Source: Seison nebaliae (taxonomy: Eukaryota). From it: DNA of 57,328 bases. The DNA lies in the NCBI GenBank assembly GCA_023231475.1, contig JALJEE010002142.1:1-57328 (forward strand). The letters run 5' to 3'. The notes below the pieces were generated by a model. It made no database searches and was not told the origin of the DNA. It saw nothing but the letters and a program-made list of their open reading frames with translations. How positions within the stretch are numbered: the first letter of the stretch is position 1; each line of letters starts with the position of its first letter. Shown one piece after another: positions 37,262-49,992 of this stretch. A program made the position numbers and the translations under genes.

Positions 37262-40200
37262 ATGGAGAATCATCTTAAAATATCGCTAATAAACTCTATA
37301 TCAATCAATCTTCTTCTTTTATCTACTTCCCACTATTTACTCTACATATCTGCTGCTGATAATTTGACAACGGATTCATCCACTCCATTAGAAGCATTTA
37401 CAATTCATGATTGGATTACGACTGAAATAGTGAACATTTCATCGATTGTTCAAGAAGCATCTACAGATGAAAGTCATTTGACTACCGATAATTTCATTGA
37501 AAAACTTAAAATTTCGACGAATCCATTTTCAATCGTTCAGTTAAACAATAAAACTTCACAATTAATTGATTTGTATGATCAAAATTCTAGTAATAGTCAT
37601 ACTACTGAAAAGGAAGGAACAAATTTATTTACAGATGATACTGAATTAACAATATCGACTGACAATGCTTTGACGTTTTATTCAGAATCTACTGGTTCCT
37701 CCAATAAATTAATTGATCAGGAATGGACATCTAATATGAATGATTCTAATAGCACAAGTGGAATTGATTCGTTATTTTATGGAAATATATGGACAACTCA
37801 TTCGTATGAAGATTCAACATTATTGAGTAGTAACAATATTCAGGATCCACTATCCACAAATATCATCGAAGAACAAACAACTGATTCCATCATACAAAGT
37901 TCGAGTACAAAAAACCGGCAATACCCTACAATAATTACGGATGAATTTGATTCAACAGGAGATAATACTAACGAAAATGTATCAAACTATTCTACTTTAG
38001 AAGATGAAGTATATTCTACTACAATAATTGAGAATACCGGAAAAATGGGACCAATAAATGAGGGAGAACATTCAACAGGAACTTATGGAGAAGAAACTAC
38101 AGATATCGAGTTAACACAATTAATTTATTGTTATTATATCTTGTTCTCATTTTGTCAGGAAAACTTCAACGTCTACACAATCGACAATAAGTTATTATCA
38201 ACCATTTTTCCAATTAACCACCACATTCCCAAATAAATATGATGAGGACATTTTTGGATACTGCTCAAATCGTCATTATTTCACATCTTATTTTATGGCA
38301 ACTTATTTTGAATCAGAAATCTTTGCTGTTGATATAATAGATGATCGACCACTGATTCCCGAGCCAGAAGAGATTGGTCTATCTTTCGAAGATGTTCATT
38401 ATATGATGCAGAGATTGCTTAACCCCAAAAAATATCCATTACCTACTAACCGTTACCAATGTAAAGATCTGATGGTTTGTTCAACTTGATTTTTAGGTTC
38501 ATTAATTTTATTGTTGTTAGTGTCCTTCCATTGACAACATTATGAATAGTTTTAATCGATCGTCGATAAAAAATATTGATAACTTTAAAAAAATATGTCC
38601 GACACTTTTATATGCAAGAGAATCATCACATTGTGAGGGAGAAACGAAGAGATATGATTATCAAGGATTAACATCTATTGGTACAGGTTGATATTAATCT
38701 TTAAGCCAGTCATTTTTCATTTAATATTTGGTCATTAATAAGGATTTGGTCTGATTATCATATATGTGTTAATATGTAAAGCATTTTCTTTTATACCAAT
38801 TATTCTGTACAAATTTTCGAACCAAACACGAGTCAGATCATTAACTCTTTTACAATCTTTAGCATGTGGTTCTTTGGTAGCGAACAGTTTATTATTTTAT
38901 ATTCCTATTGCATTGGGATTACAACGGAATGATCATTCGAATCCAAATGGATATTTTCTCAAATCCATTCTAATAATGGCCTCCACGATATTTTTCTTTC
39001 TATTAGAACGTGCCATGAAACTTTATTTACTTGTCAAGTCTGATGTTAGTCGAATTTTAATTCAATTATTCATTAAATATTCTAATTCGTTTTGGAATAT
39101 GATTTTTTAGAATAAAATTGAACATGATAAAGAACACGAAGAGGAGAATACAACTTACAACTTAAGTCGTATAATTTACAAAGCTTGGGTTCGCATGAAT
39201 CCCCAAGAAGTTTCTTTGAAACTAATAAAATGGGAATAACTTCAATTATTGTTTAAACAGAAACCTCACATTTATGATAACGAAATTGAAATGGATGATC
39301 TTTCAATTCGCGATACTATTGTGCGAACTTCTGAAGATGAAATTGTTGGAAACTTATCCAGAAGATCAAAAAGAATGAGTCGAGTTAATCTATTTCAAGA
39401 AATGAAAGATGTGATGAAGAATTATGATACGCTCAAAGAGTCAGCGCAGAAAGTTCTTCCCGTTATAGAAACAACAATTGATAAGGTTTTATGGGAAATT
39501 GATGAAAGTTCTAAAAGTATAGTCTATGAAATTTTCGAATATACATTCTACTGTCTACCTGGAGATATGACGATATTTGCAAAAAATAATAGAAAATTGG
39601 AAGAAGTCATTCGACAAATTTATAGTTTTCGATTGGTTCACTTTTTCATTAATATTGAACATTTATATAAAAATTCGTATTTAGGGAGATTATAGTAAAT
39701 TGGATCCACAACAGAAATGTAATACGATGAATATTATTTTGAATAGTCATATCTCAAAAAAACATCGTTTATTACAGCAAATTCTGGTAATGAAAACTTC
39801 AAATTTGGTACCTGAAGATGGTGATATGAAACCGTCTAAAGTAACTCTCGACTTCCTCATTCATATTCAACCAATGGCTGGAGTAGTGTTTCTAGCGGAA
39901 TGTTCCAAAAATATTTTGCAAGGAATTTCTATTGGTTCTAGTGTTAAGTTCTCTGCTGTGAGTGGTGCCATTACTACTTATTGTAACACATTAGATTCAG
40001 TTATGACAACAATTTGTTAAATTTATTATTAGTAACAAGATGAAATTGAATTGTTTATAGCTGATTTCGAGCAATATGAGCATAATAACGTCACACCAAT
40101 CCAAGCAGTTATCCTCAGTTACATTAGTGGAATTGCAACATTCATTGGTGCAGTTATAGGTGTTCTCTTTATAATTTATGCGGATGAAATGTCAAAATGG

Positions 40201-40467
40201 TTATTTGCTGGGGTAGCGGCTTATTTTATATTTTCATCTTTAGGATCTGCCGTTACTCTTTTAATCTTCTTCTCAAATTTAAATTTCCACAAAATGGATA
40301 TATAGTTACCAGATATGAATCGTGAAGTAATTGAAGAATATCATCCGATGAAGGAACGTTATATTTTAACATTCATCCAATTGTGTGGCATGTTCCTTGG
40401 TTATGCGGGTGTGGTTCTATTTATTATGATATCCGATACACTCGATGTGAATTTATTGAAAATATAA
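37262..40467 (+). CDS. LIV-1 subfamily ZIP (SLC39)-like membrane protein with mucin-like N-terminus and degenerate metal site, 9 exons
   Basis: Signal peptide, about 280-aa S/T-rich stalk, FKKICPTLLY (CPALL motif), LQSLACGSLVANSLLFYIP, KWLFAGVAAYFIFSSLGSALPDM and IQLCGMFLGY in the expected TM order; stop at 40465-40467. Confidence 0.8.
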
Positions 40468-43400
40468 ATAAACAAACAATATTACCTTTAGAGAAATGAG
40501 TGCTCTGATGATAAGCTAAATTTTTTGAACAATTGAAATAACAAAAAATCCTTTCTACTAATTCTCATTAAATCTCTTCATAAATTCACGAACAACAACA
40601 CTTATTAATTCCAAGGCTATTGAATACTTGATTTATCGTTATCATTACATTCTAGTGTATTTCTCGCTTCCATGTTTTGCCTGATGGTTTGCCAAAAAAA
40701 ATTTTTTATAGAATGCATATCCTGGGAGGAATTTCTCTTCTTTTAGATAATCAGAAAAATGAATTTTTAGTTTCTCCTTCTAAAGGAATGAAGTAATAAA
40801 GATTTGTATAATTTAAAAAAAGAATGATTGGAATTAGTGAAGTTTCTTCTGTTTTGCAGCTATTTGGTAATTGTACTAATATTTAGCATCTCCTTATTAT
40901 TTTATTTATTGAATGGAACTTCTCTTTTTTCCTTATTGATCGAATATGTTTTATTTATCTACAAATCCTTATTCATCATATACCGATTGTGAGTTACTGG
41001 GCAAATTTGATAACATAGTTACTGTGTGTACGAATATGTAAATTTACATTTGTATAATGCTAAATACTCCCGTATTTATCTCCCTGTGTCGCTATTGGTG
41101 TATGTTGTGGTGTATATGTGAAATGATTCTAGCTTTCTCATTCCCATTAACCAGATGTACATATTCTTATATAATTCGTTTATTTAAATATTTGCGAATG
41201 TTCTATTGATGGAAGAAAAGTTTACTATAAAGATTTACTGCTTTGCTTTTCTCCAATTGTATATTATATGAATCAACCTCGAATATATAAAAGAAGAAAT
41301 TTTCCAATTTCTCATTGTTTATTTGAGAAATGAATTTTAATAAGTTTCCTAACAAAGAATTAATTGCAATTACATTAATCATATCATTATTCTTTGTCTT
41401 CACGAATTCTGAATGCTCATCATCGATGTTATCGACATCATCATGATCAAGAAGAAGAAGTTGAAATTCGATTTTCGTTTCATAAAGTGAATTTATCATG
41501 TACATCTATATCGATGTTGTCGTCTGTACATTTATGTAATGTTTAAATGTCATGTTAATAAATTTCTTTAAAAGTTATTTTAATTATTCTCCTCAAAGTT
41601 CGATTCGATAGGAAATTGTTCATCGAATTATAGAATTGGAGTGAGTGAACGTTTCACTTTTTTCTCCATATATGACACTTTGGGGAAAGGAGAGGAGGAA
41701 GACGAAAAGTGTAACTATTCCTCTAATACTAATTGATCTTCCCTTCTCCTTTATTATTATATTTACGAGATAATCATAATTCATTCTCTGTTTTTGCCTG
41801 ATAATATTATGATAATTAATAAGGATGTTTTCGTACAAAGACATTCTTCTTTGTATCACTTTTGCCTCGATTTTGGAGAGAATATAATTCTAGTCGAATA
41901 TGTATGGGCAATTGATGTATGGAAATATTTAAGAAATATTTTCAAATTCCTCAATCTTCGCCTTTACACTTTATGCGCACATGTATATGTGTGTAGTTTA
42001 TTAGATAAAAAGAAAGTGAGAATGGAAGATGTATTGAATAGGAGAAAATTTAAATTAGAACATGATTATTATGTTCAGTTATATCTTCACACAGGTCTCC
42101 AACGACTTGTCAATATCATTTATCGTATTTATATAAAACGAATGAAGCAATTTTCCTTCTTTTTCTTTTGCACTTTCTCATTATGATGGTGTTTAGTTGA
42201 ATCCTCATTATATTAATACATTTTCACATTCGCTGCTCATTTCGTAGATTCTCTTTAATAACTTTCCTTATATATTCCATCACATTTACGTCGCTTCAAT
42301 GTCCAATTGTATGTCAGTGTAGAGATTGGGGTGCGCTAATGAAAGTGTTCGTATTCCTGCGTCCAATGTTTAGAGATATCCATTTAATTCTAACATTTAT
42401 TTGTCTTAAAGTGTTTCCTCCATTACACCGAATTCTTTGGCAAGTGTGTGTGTATGTGTGCGTGCTTGTGGAGAAATGTCGGATGACGTACAATATCCGA
42501 GAGATGAAAATGAAGGAATAGCATATTTTATGTCATCAACATCCAATTGGAGATGAATTATATTATCGTTTCGCTTTCCTCGTTTTCCCATCCGATTTGA
42601 AATGTCTGTGCACACACACATTCAGTTGTGTGTGAGAGAGTGCGATTAATTCTCAAATAAAATATCCTTCTAATGGAATTTAATAAATTCCATCTCAAAA
42701 TTATTAAAATATTTTTCGTCATTACTTCCGTATAAATGATGTCGTTTATAAGTCTTGAAGGATGAAAATAACGATTTGATGAATTTAATGTATTTGAATA
42801 TAATTCCATTCATATTCCTATAAATATATGTTCGCTATTCCATTATGTCATACATCCTCATAACATCCAATAGATGCGAGATATCCGCTTTCTTCTTCAT
42901 GCCATCGAACATTCCCCTATATGGGTGAAGGCGAATGCACGATTATTGATTTATTGTGTGAATAGTCTTGTGTGTGTCGCTCTACTTTCAATTTGCACAA
43001 TCATATAAGGTCAACTTCAAATGTTTGGATTAGACTTAGGTCACAATGATCATCGGACACAAATTGGAGTATTGGGATGTTATTAACGATAAAACCGATC
43101 GGAACTTATTTAAAATTTAACTTTCCTAATGAATTCCATTTCATACTTCAGTTTTGTAAGGAGGGGTCGTTCGTTCTCAATCGAATTCTCTAGAACTCTC
43201 CACATAACTTTAATTAGAATCTAATTGATAATTTTATAATTTGCATAATTGTTGATTGCGTAATCGAAGAAAAGAATAACTTAATGAAACTAGGTAGTTC
43301 TTAAGTTGGAGTTTCATTCACGCTCTCAAATTTGAAAAGTAAGTAAAGATATTAATAGTTGAATAGTTGATTATGTTGTAAGGAATAGCAAGTCAATGAC

Positions 43401-43924
43401 GTACTTTGTCAACGTGTCCTTGTACTGTCCATCTTTAGTCCTTCCTTTATTTCGATTATACATTTTACGATGATGGAATGTCTTCCTTCCATGTAGTTGC
43501 TGTCGGTCATTACATCGGACAGCAACTCGCCTTATTCGTCCGGACTTCCCATATGTACTATTCCAAACATTAATATGTCGATTCTTATTGAAATTGAATA
43601 ATATCAAAGTTTATTTCTCTTACTTCATCTGCCGATTTGTGCACTGTGTGTGCAGTATGGTTAAATGTTATTTCGTTCGATCACAGGAATGTATATGTGG
43701 AAGAAGAATCAAAAAATTATGATCATCCAATTCCCCAATGTCGAATTCTATCAAATCATAATTCCTTATTTCTCCTTTTATTTATTATCCATGTCAGCGA
43801 ATTACTCTACCCATGTGGATTGGTTCTATTTGATCCGGAAACTCTCACACAACATTATACGACTTATCTATCCAATTTCTTGTTGTTCGTCTTGTTTTTG
43901 TTGTATATGCTTATTGTGCTTATT

Positions 43925-43945
43925 TGTGTGTGTGTGTGTGTGTGT
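43925..43945. repeat. (TG)n microsatellite
   Basis: About 10 TG units; shorter TG/CA runs are scattered over 42-44.4 kb. Confidence 0.9.
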
Positions 43946-44680
43946 TTTTGTGTGTATGTATGTCAATATAATTGTGTTATGATCATAGAGATATATTTCT
44001 CGAATTTTTCGAATAAAAATTTCTCCATAATAGGCAACGGCTATTATAAAACTGCATCATATTATATAATTGTATCTATTTTCCTATCTGTCTGTCCATC
44101 CATCCATATGAGCACATTGACATAGAATGGACGATTTCCATGTATCTACATAAGCAGTCAACATTTATAAAGATTTGAAGGGGAATATCTTCATGTTCTG
44201 TAGCGATTTGTTTATGAGATGGAATGTTACATGGAATTCGTTTCTCTATTTTCAATGATTACATATATTCTTCTTATCTCCCTTCCCTCACATCTTTAAA
44301 AGAATTGAAGTGAAATGACACTGTATATGTGAGTGAGTGAATGAATGAATGTGTATATATCAGATGAAAATGACTATCGTCTTCGTCGATTGACAATGAA
44401 GCGAAAACATTTCAAGAATAAATCATTTAGTATTCCATTTGGACTGCCTTCCTCTATTTTTCCTTGTTTCTTCTTTGATTCTTTAACAAGATCATAGTTA
44501 TCCAACTGTCCATTCATCCATCTATCCATTCCATCTACTTCATTTTCTTTCCTTATATTCTCTTCAAATCCTTCTTCATTTCCCATTTAATTATATCAAC
44601 CTCTTCCCCCTCCATCAATCAGATATCGTTCCACAGATAAGTAGACGAAGAAGAAGAAATTCTTATTTCTTTTTGACAAA

Positions 44681-47600
44681 ATGCCAATCAATAAATCAAC
44701 GACAGTTGATTTCCATAATCCGTTAGTGATTCTGGCCAAGGAGAATTGGTGGAACGTGGAAACAATTTCTCAATATGATGAAGATTTAGTATCAGAAATC
44801 CTCCTCAAACATCTTCGAAGTAGTAATGCTACAAATCAGTTAATTCTCTTACAATCGAGATATCTTCAAAATTATTTGTGGAAATATTTCGAAAAAGGTG
44901 AAGATTTTAATGAAAAACATTTCATATCGATAATTATTCTCGTCAATAAACAAATCGAACATAATGACGATAATTCATCAAATTTATGGAGACATCTTAC
45001 AAAGAAGAATGAAGTCTTCGAACATTTCTATTCGATTACAATGAAGCATTTATATGAACGATTGGAAGGAGAGTCGATTGATGAATTGAATGATGACGAT
45101 ATCGAAATAATGAAATTTATTTATAATTCTCTAAATGGAATGGAAGTTCCTCTACTCTCCAAATGTATCATGAAATATTTCGGATTGTTATTATGGAATC
45201 ATTTAGATGTCGATCTTCGTTCATCCATATTTAATGAAATTATTCAATTTAAGAAATTTTGGAAGATAGCATCGAAACGAAAGAAATCATCTGTTCAAGA
45301 AATACAAATGAATCTCCTTTTTTATCTTACAAAAAAATTTCTCCAAATTTTATATACTTCCTCCAAACTACATTTTTATCAACATCAATTTCTTCATTTA
45401 ACATTAAAAATTTTAACAGAATCGATTACATTACCAAAAACACGTCGATTTTGTTGGCAATTATTCCATAACAATTATCTTCTTCCTATCATTCTTCGAT
45501 CTCCATATCTGAAACGATTGATGAATGATGAGAGGAAGAAAGAAACAGAAAATGATTCAAAACAAGAATTAACTGCATCAATTTTACTCGATAAATTATT
45601 AAATGTTTTTGATGATTCAATGAAAACTACTTCAACAATAACGGAGAACGAACCGGGAGAGATTGATGAAAAGATGGAGAAAGAGGAGAAATTTGATCGA
45701 ACGATAAATGATGATATTTTTATGATTCTATTGAATCAATTAATGAATTATTATCATTATGATATCGATAATATTTCATTGAAAAGTCTAAATCAATTTG
45801 AGATACGTGAAAATTATCAGAATAAAATATCATCATTTCAATTTGCTGTATTCAAATTGAATGATCCCACCGTCCCCAAAATCGGTACAATTCGAGAATT
45901 GACAATGATGAATGTGTCATATGTGTCGACACGTATCCGAACATTCCTCACATTTTTAGAAGAAGATGATTTAGAGAAGATTTTGAAAGAATTGAAATTA
46001 TTTAATGGAGAAATTATAGAATTCTTCTCAAAACAATTAGATTGTGATTGTTCGATAAAAGAATTATTTATTGATATATTAGAATTATATCTTCAACCCA
46101 ACACTTCACAAATCGAAAGAATTAATCGATTATCTTTATATCCAACAGAAGAATTGATTTGGAATGATAATATCGTACCAGCTGATCGACATGATTTATC
46201 TACTAATATTGCAGCATTGACACTCCCCAAATTAAACTTGCAATATCTTTCATTAACCGATTATTTACAAAGGAATTTCGAATTATTTAGAATTGAATCA
46301 ACTTATCAAATTCGTCAAGATATTGAGAGAGTAATTCGTTCAATGAAACCAGTCCATCCGATCGATTATAATCCATTAATTAATGATGATCTCATTCATA
46401 TGATATGTCGAGGTACATCACGAATGGGTGGACAAATTCAATCACTAAATATATGTACCGTTGCTGAACCATTAGTAGGAGAATATATACCGTCGAAAGT
46501 TCTCGTTGATATTCGATTGGATTTGGGAAGTAAAGAGAATGCTTTCCTTTGGCAATCAACAATAAGACGACATGATGTCGGATTTCTTATCGCTTGTCGT
46601 CCTACACAATCATTCAATAATTATGATTTTAAAACGACAGTCAACTTCTTTGATCAAGTAGAAATTATTAGTGTTCGTGGATGTCAAGTTCGAGGAATAG
46701 TCGATTTGAGCGGTTTAATTGTTGATGATATGAAATTGATTGAATTGAATAAAAAAGGAATGGATATGAATGATGATGATGATGGTGATGGTGATGATAA
46801 GAGAAACGATAATAGAATAATAAAATTACCAAAAACGAATGAGAGAACTTGGAGAGTTTCTCTCGATTCCAATCAATATCATATCGATTCAAATGGAGAG
46901 AAAGAGATCTATCAACATTTCAATATTTTCATTAGACGGAATGCAAAAGAAAATAATTTCAAAGCAGTTCTCGAAACTATTCGCCAATTGATGAGACCAT
47001 TAATAAATGCTGGAACATTTGGTCCTAATGAACTGGAAGTGGAAAAAACAAAATTATTGGAGACAGCTGTACCAGACTGGTTAGGTCATTTGTTATTGGG
47101 TGTTGAACGACCTGATATCGCGACACCAGATGTAAGTGAATGGAATATGAATTGGAATGATACATTTATTGATATTGATCATATTCAACAATCATTCCCA
47201 TCTTTTAATATCGAAATAAGAAATGAGAAAGAATTTAAAGATATCGATTCAAATCTCATTCGATATCATTTGAAGAAAGTGAATAATGAAAGAATTGAAG
47301 TGACATTGAGAAGAACAGAAGAATATTATTTGAAGAAGAAAGATGAGAATTTACGAAATCATATTCGTTTCACACCGAAACAAATAGAAGCGATCGAAAG
47401 TGGAATGTCACTTGGATTGACGATGGTCGTCGGTCCTCCTGGTGCAGGAAAAACAGATGTTGTTGTTCAATTAATCAATAATCTTTATAATAATAAACCG
47501 AATGAGAGAATATTAATTGTTACACATTCCAATCAAGCATTGAATCAAGTTTTCGATAAATTGATTCGATTAGATATAAATGAACGTCATTTAATTCGAT

Positions 47601-49162
47601 TAGGACATGGTGAACAAGAATTAGACACGGAGAAAGATTTCTCACGATATGGTCGAGTCAACTTCGCTTTAAGTGATAGACAACGATTATTGAAGGAAGT
47701 CAATCGATTACATCTTTCACTCATTCCGAAAGATGTCATCGTCGATAATTATGAACAATCGTTATATACTTGTGAGACTGCACAATATTTTTTCCTTCAA
47801 ACTATTCTCAGGAAATGGGAGACATTTCTACTCAAATTTCGAAATGAACGAACGATAGAATTAATTATAAAAGATTTTCCTTTCTACGAATTCACTAAAT
47901 TCAACGAGAATGATTTGTTAGAGAAGATTTTAGATGAAAATCATGAAATGATGAAGGCGGAAAAATATCCATTAAAATTGAAGGAAGAAACGTATGAAAG
48001 AATTTTAAAGAAATTGCGAAAGATATTTAAAGAGATTGAAGAAATATTCAATATTTTAGAAGAGTATCGTCCATTGGAGATGTTGAGATATGGAAATGAT
48101 CGAAGTAATTATTTATTGTTGAGAGAAGCGAAAATTGTTGCATTAACTTGTACACATGCTGCTTTAAAAAGAAAAGAATTACTTGATAATGGATTTACTT
48201 ATGATACTATTATTATGGAAGAATCAGCACAAATATTAGAAATCGAAACATTTATTCCTTTAGTTCTCCAAAATCCAAAAGATGGAAGAAATCGATTAAA
48301 ACGATGGATTATGATTGGTGATCATAATCAATTACCACCAATCATTCAAAATATTGCAATTCAGAAAGTTTCCAATTTCGAACAATCATTATTCAAACGA
48401 TTCATTCAATTAAATGTTCCACATATTATTCTAGATGCACAAGGTCGTGCTAAAGAAGAACTCGCTCGTTTATTCAGTTGGAATTATGATTGTCTCAATA
48501 ATCTTCCTCATACGACAAAAGGAGAATTCTCAAAGAAGAATATTGGATTCAAATTCGATTATCAATTGATTGATGTGGAATTATTCGAAGGAAGAATTGG
48601 AGAAAGTGAACCGATTCCACATTTCATTCAAAATTTGGGAGAAGCAGAATTTTGTGTGGCATTATTCATGTATATGAGACTTAGAGGTTATGATGGTAAG
48701 CGAATAACCATTCTAACTATGTACAATGGACAAAAGTGTTTAATTGAAGATATTCTGAAGAAACGTTGTTACAATAACGAAGTGTTTGGAAAACCATATT
48801 GTGTATCGACAGTAGACAAGTATCAAGGACAAGAGAACGATTATATTATATTGTCTATGGTGAGAACGAAATATATCGGATATTTACGTGATCTTCGACG
48901 TATAGTCGTAGCGATGTCACGAGCAAGATTTGGTTTCTATGTATTTGCTCATTTGCCTTTGTTGAGGACATGTTATGAGTTGAGTGAACCATTGAAATTA
49001 TTTAAGTTGAATAATCACAAATTAGTGTTGAATATGAAGGAGAGTCGAGAAGATGAGAGTATCGATGTTGATGATGAATCTTCAATCATTCGAGTGAATG
49101 ATGTCCATCATCTTCATCGAATTGTTGAGATGATTTATAATCGTTTAAATCAATCCAAATAA
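44681..49162 (+). CDS. AQR: Intron-binding spliceosomal RNA helicase Aquarius, 1493 aa, intronless
   Basis: LYPTEELIW, LPKLNLQYLSLTDYLQRNFELFRIESTYQIRQDIE, KENNFKAVLETIRQL, GPPGAGKTD, MEESAQILEIETFIP, MIGDHNQLPP, TVDKYQGQEND. Confidence 0.97.
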   Translation: MPINKSTTVDFHNPLVILAKENWWNVETISQYDEDLVSEILLKHLRSSNATNQLILLQSRYLQNYLWKYFEKGEDFNEKHFISIIILVNKQIEHNDDNSSNLWRHLTKKNEVFEHFYSITMKHLYERLEGESIDELNDDDIEIMKFIYNSLNGMEVPLLSKCIMKYFGLLLWNHLDVDLRSSIFNEIIQFKKFWKIASKRKKSSVQEIQMNLLFYLTKKFLQILYTSSKLHFYQHQFLHLTLKILTESITLPKTRRFCWQLFHNNYLLPIILRSPYLKRLMNDERKKETENDSKQELTASILLDKLLNVFDDSMKTTSTITENEPGEIDEKMEKEEKFDRTINDDIFMILLNQLMNYYHYDIDNISLKSLNQFEIRENYQNKISSFQFAVFKLNDPTVPKIGTIRELTMMNVSYVSTRIRTFLTFLEEDDLEKILKELKLFNGEIIEFFSKQLDCDCSIKELFIDILELYLQPNTSQIERINRLSLYPTEELIWNDNIVPADRHDLSTNIAALTLPKLNLQYLSLTDYLQRNFELFRIESTYQIRQDIERVIRSMKPVHPIDYNPLINDDLIHMICRGTSRMGGQIQSLNICTVAEPLVGEYIPSKVLVDIRLDLGSKENAFLWQSTIRRHDVGFLIACRPTQSFNNYDFKTTVNFFDQVEIISVRGCQVRGIVDLSGLIVDDMKLIELNKKGMDMNDDDDGDGDDKRNDNRIIKLPKTNERTWRVSLDSNQYHIDSNGEKEIYQHFNIFIRRNAKENNFKAVLETIRQLMRPLINAGTFGPNELEVEKTKLLETAVPDWLGHLLLGVERPDIATPDVSEWNMNWNDTFIDIDHIQQSFPSFNIEIRNEKEFKDIDSNLIRYHLKKVNNERIEVTLRRTEEYYLKKKDENLRNHIRFTPKQIEAIESGMSLGLTMVVGPPGAGKTDVVVQLINNLYNNKPNERILIVTHSNQALNQVFDKLIRLDINERHLIRLGHGEQELDTEKDFSRYGRVNFALSDRQRLLKEVNRLHLSLIPKDVIVDNYEQSLYTCETAQYFFLQTILRKWETFLLKFRNERTIELIIKDFPFYEFTKFNENDLLEKILDENHEMMKAEKYPLKLKEETYERILKKLRKIFKEIEEIFNILEEYRPLEMLRYGNDRSNYLLLREAKIVALTCTHAALKRKELLDNGFTYDTIIMEESAQILEIETFIPLVLQNPKDGRNRLKRWIMIGDHNQLPPIIQNIAIQKVSNFEQSLFKRFIQLNVPHIILDAQGRAKEELARLFSWNYDCLNNLPHTTKGEFSKKNIGFKFDYQLIDVELFEGRIGESEPIPHFIQNLGEAEFCVALFMYMRLRGYDGKRITILTMYNGQKCLIEDILKKRCYNNEVFGKPYCVSTVDKYQGQENDYIILSMVRTKYIGYLRDLRRIVVAMSRARFGFYVFAHLPLLRTCYELSEPLKLFKLNNHKLVLNMKESREDESIDVDDESSIIRVNDVHHLHRIVEMIYNRLNQSK

Positions 49163-49455
49163 GACAAGAAGATTATTTCGAAAAAAAATTTATTAATTTA
49201 TCCAATTTTCCCATTTTCTTATCATATTGTTGTTAGACCTCTTTGTCCTCCAATTCTCCTGAAAGGAAATTTGATGACGGAATGAATTGTTGTTATTCGA
49301 TTCTAGTCTAATGAGGAACAATTCGTTATTACGAAGAGGCAATTGGGTGTAAGTAAATAAATAATAAAATTTAAAAAAAAAGAAAATAAAACTTTTTCGT
49401 TTCTCAAACATAACTTCGTTTTTCTTTCGGAAAGAAGGAGGATGATGATGGAGAT

Positions 49456-49992
49456 GAGGAGGAGGAGGAGGAGGAGGAGAAGGAGAAGGTGAGAAATTTT
49501 ATGTTAAAATAATTTTTAGAAACACATTTCTTATAGACAAGTTAGAATAGACTATTGTAAGAAATTATAAAATAAGAAATATTTATGATTCTTATTGCAT
49601 CTTATGATAATACATTGTAAAGTTTGTGATGTTAATGATGATGATGATGATGATTATGATTGTTCTTGGTAATAATAATTATTTTTAATTTGTTTTCTTT
49701 TCTATATTATGATTCGTATTGGATCAAGATTGTCAACTTTCTTTTAATTCTTCTTTCTTCTTTCATTAATAATATGAAAGATTTCTGTTAAGTTGACATT
49801 CATTATTCATGAATAATTTCTTATTATCTTCAGCCACTTTAAAACAGAGAGTGAAAGTGTGTGTCCATCAAATATCCTCTTCCCAACCGAGGATGATAGT
49901 CGATTGAGGATTGTTGGTTGTTCAGCTTGCGTCGTACTAACTGAAAAAAGAAATCGAACAACAACAAGAACAACAAGAACAACAAGAACAAC
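49456..49992. repeat. Simple repeats: (GAG)n at 49456-49479, (GAT)n near 49636-49654, (AACAACAAG)n near 49957-49992
   Basis: Directly visible short tandem repeats between AQR and PKC. Confidence 0.8.

Noticed and set aside
43637..44125. 162-aa hydrophobic ORF
   Set aside because: Non-ATG start, driven by T-rich and (TG)n sequence, no recognisable motif.
44220..44241. TGGAATGT miR-1 seed match (also at about 43474; miR-7 seed at 24511)
   Set aside because: Seed-only matches with no complementary arm; expected by chance.
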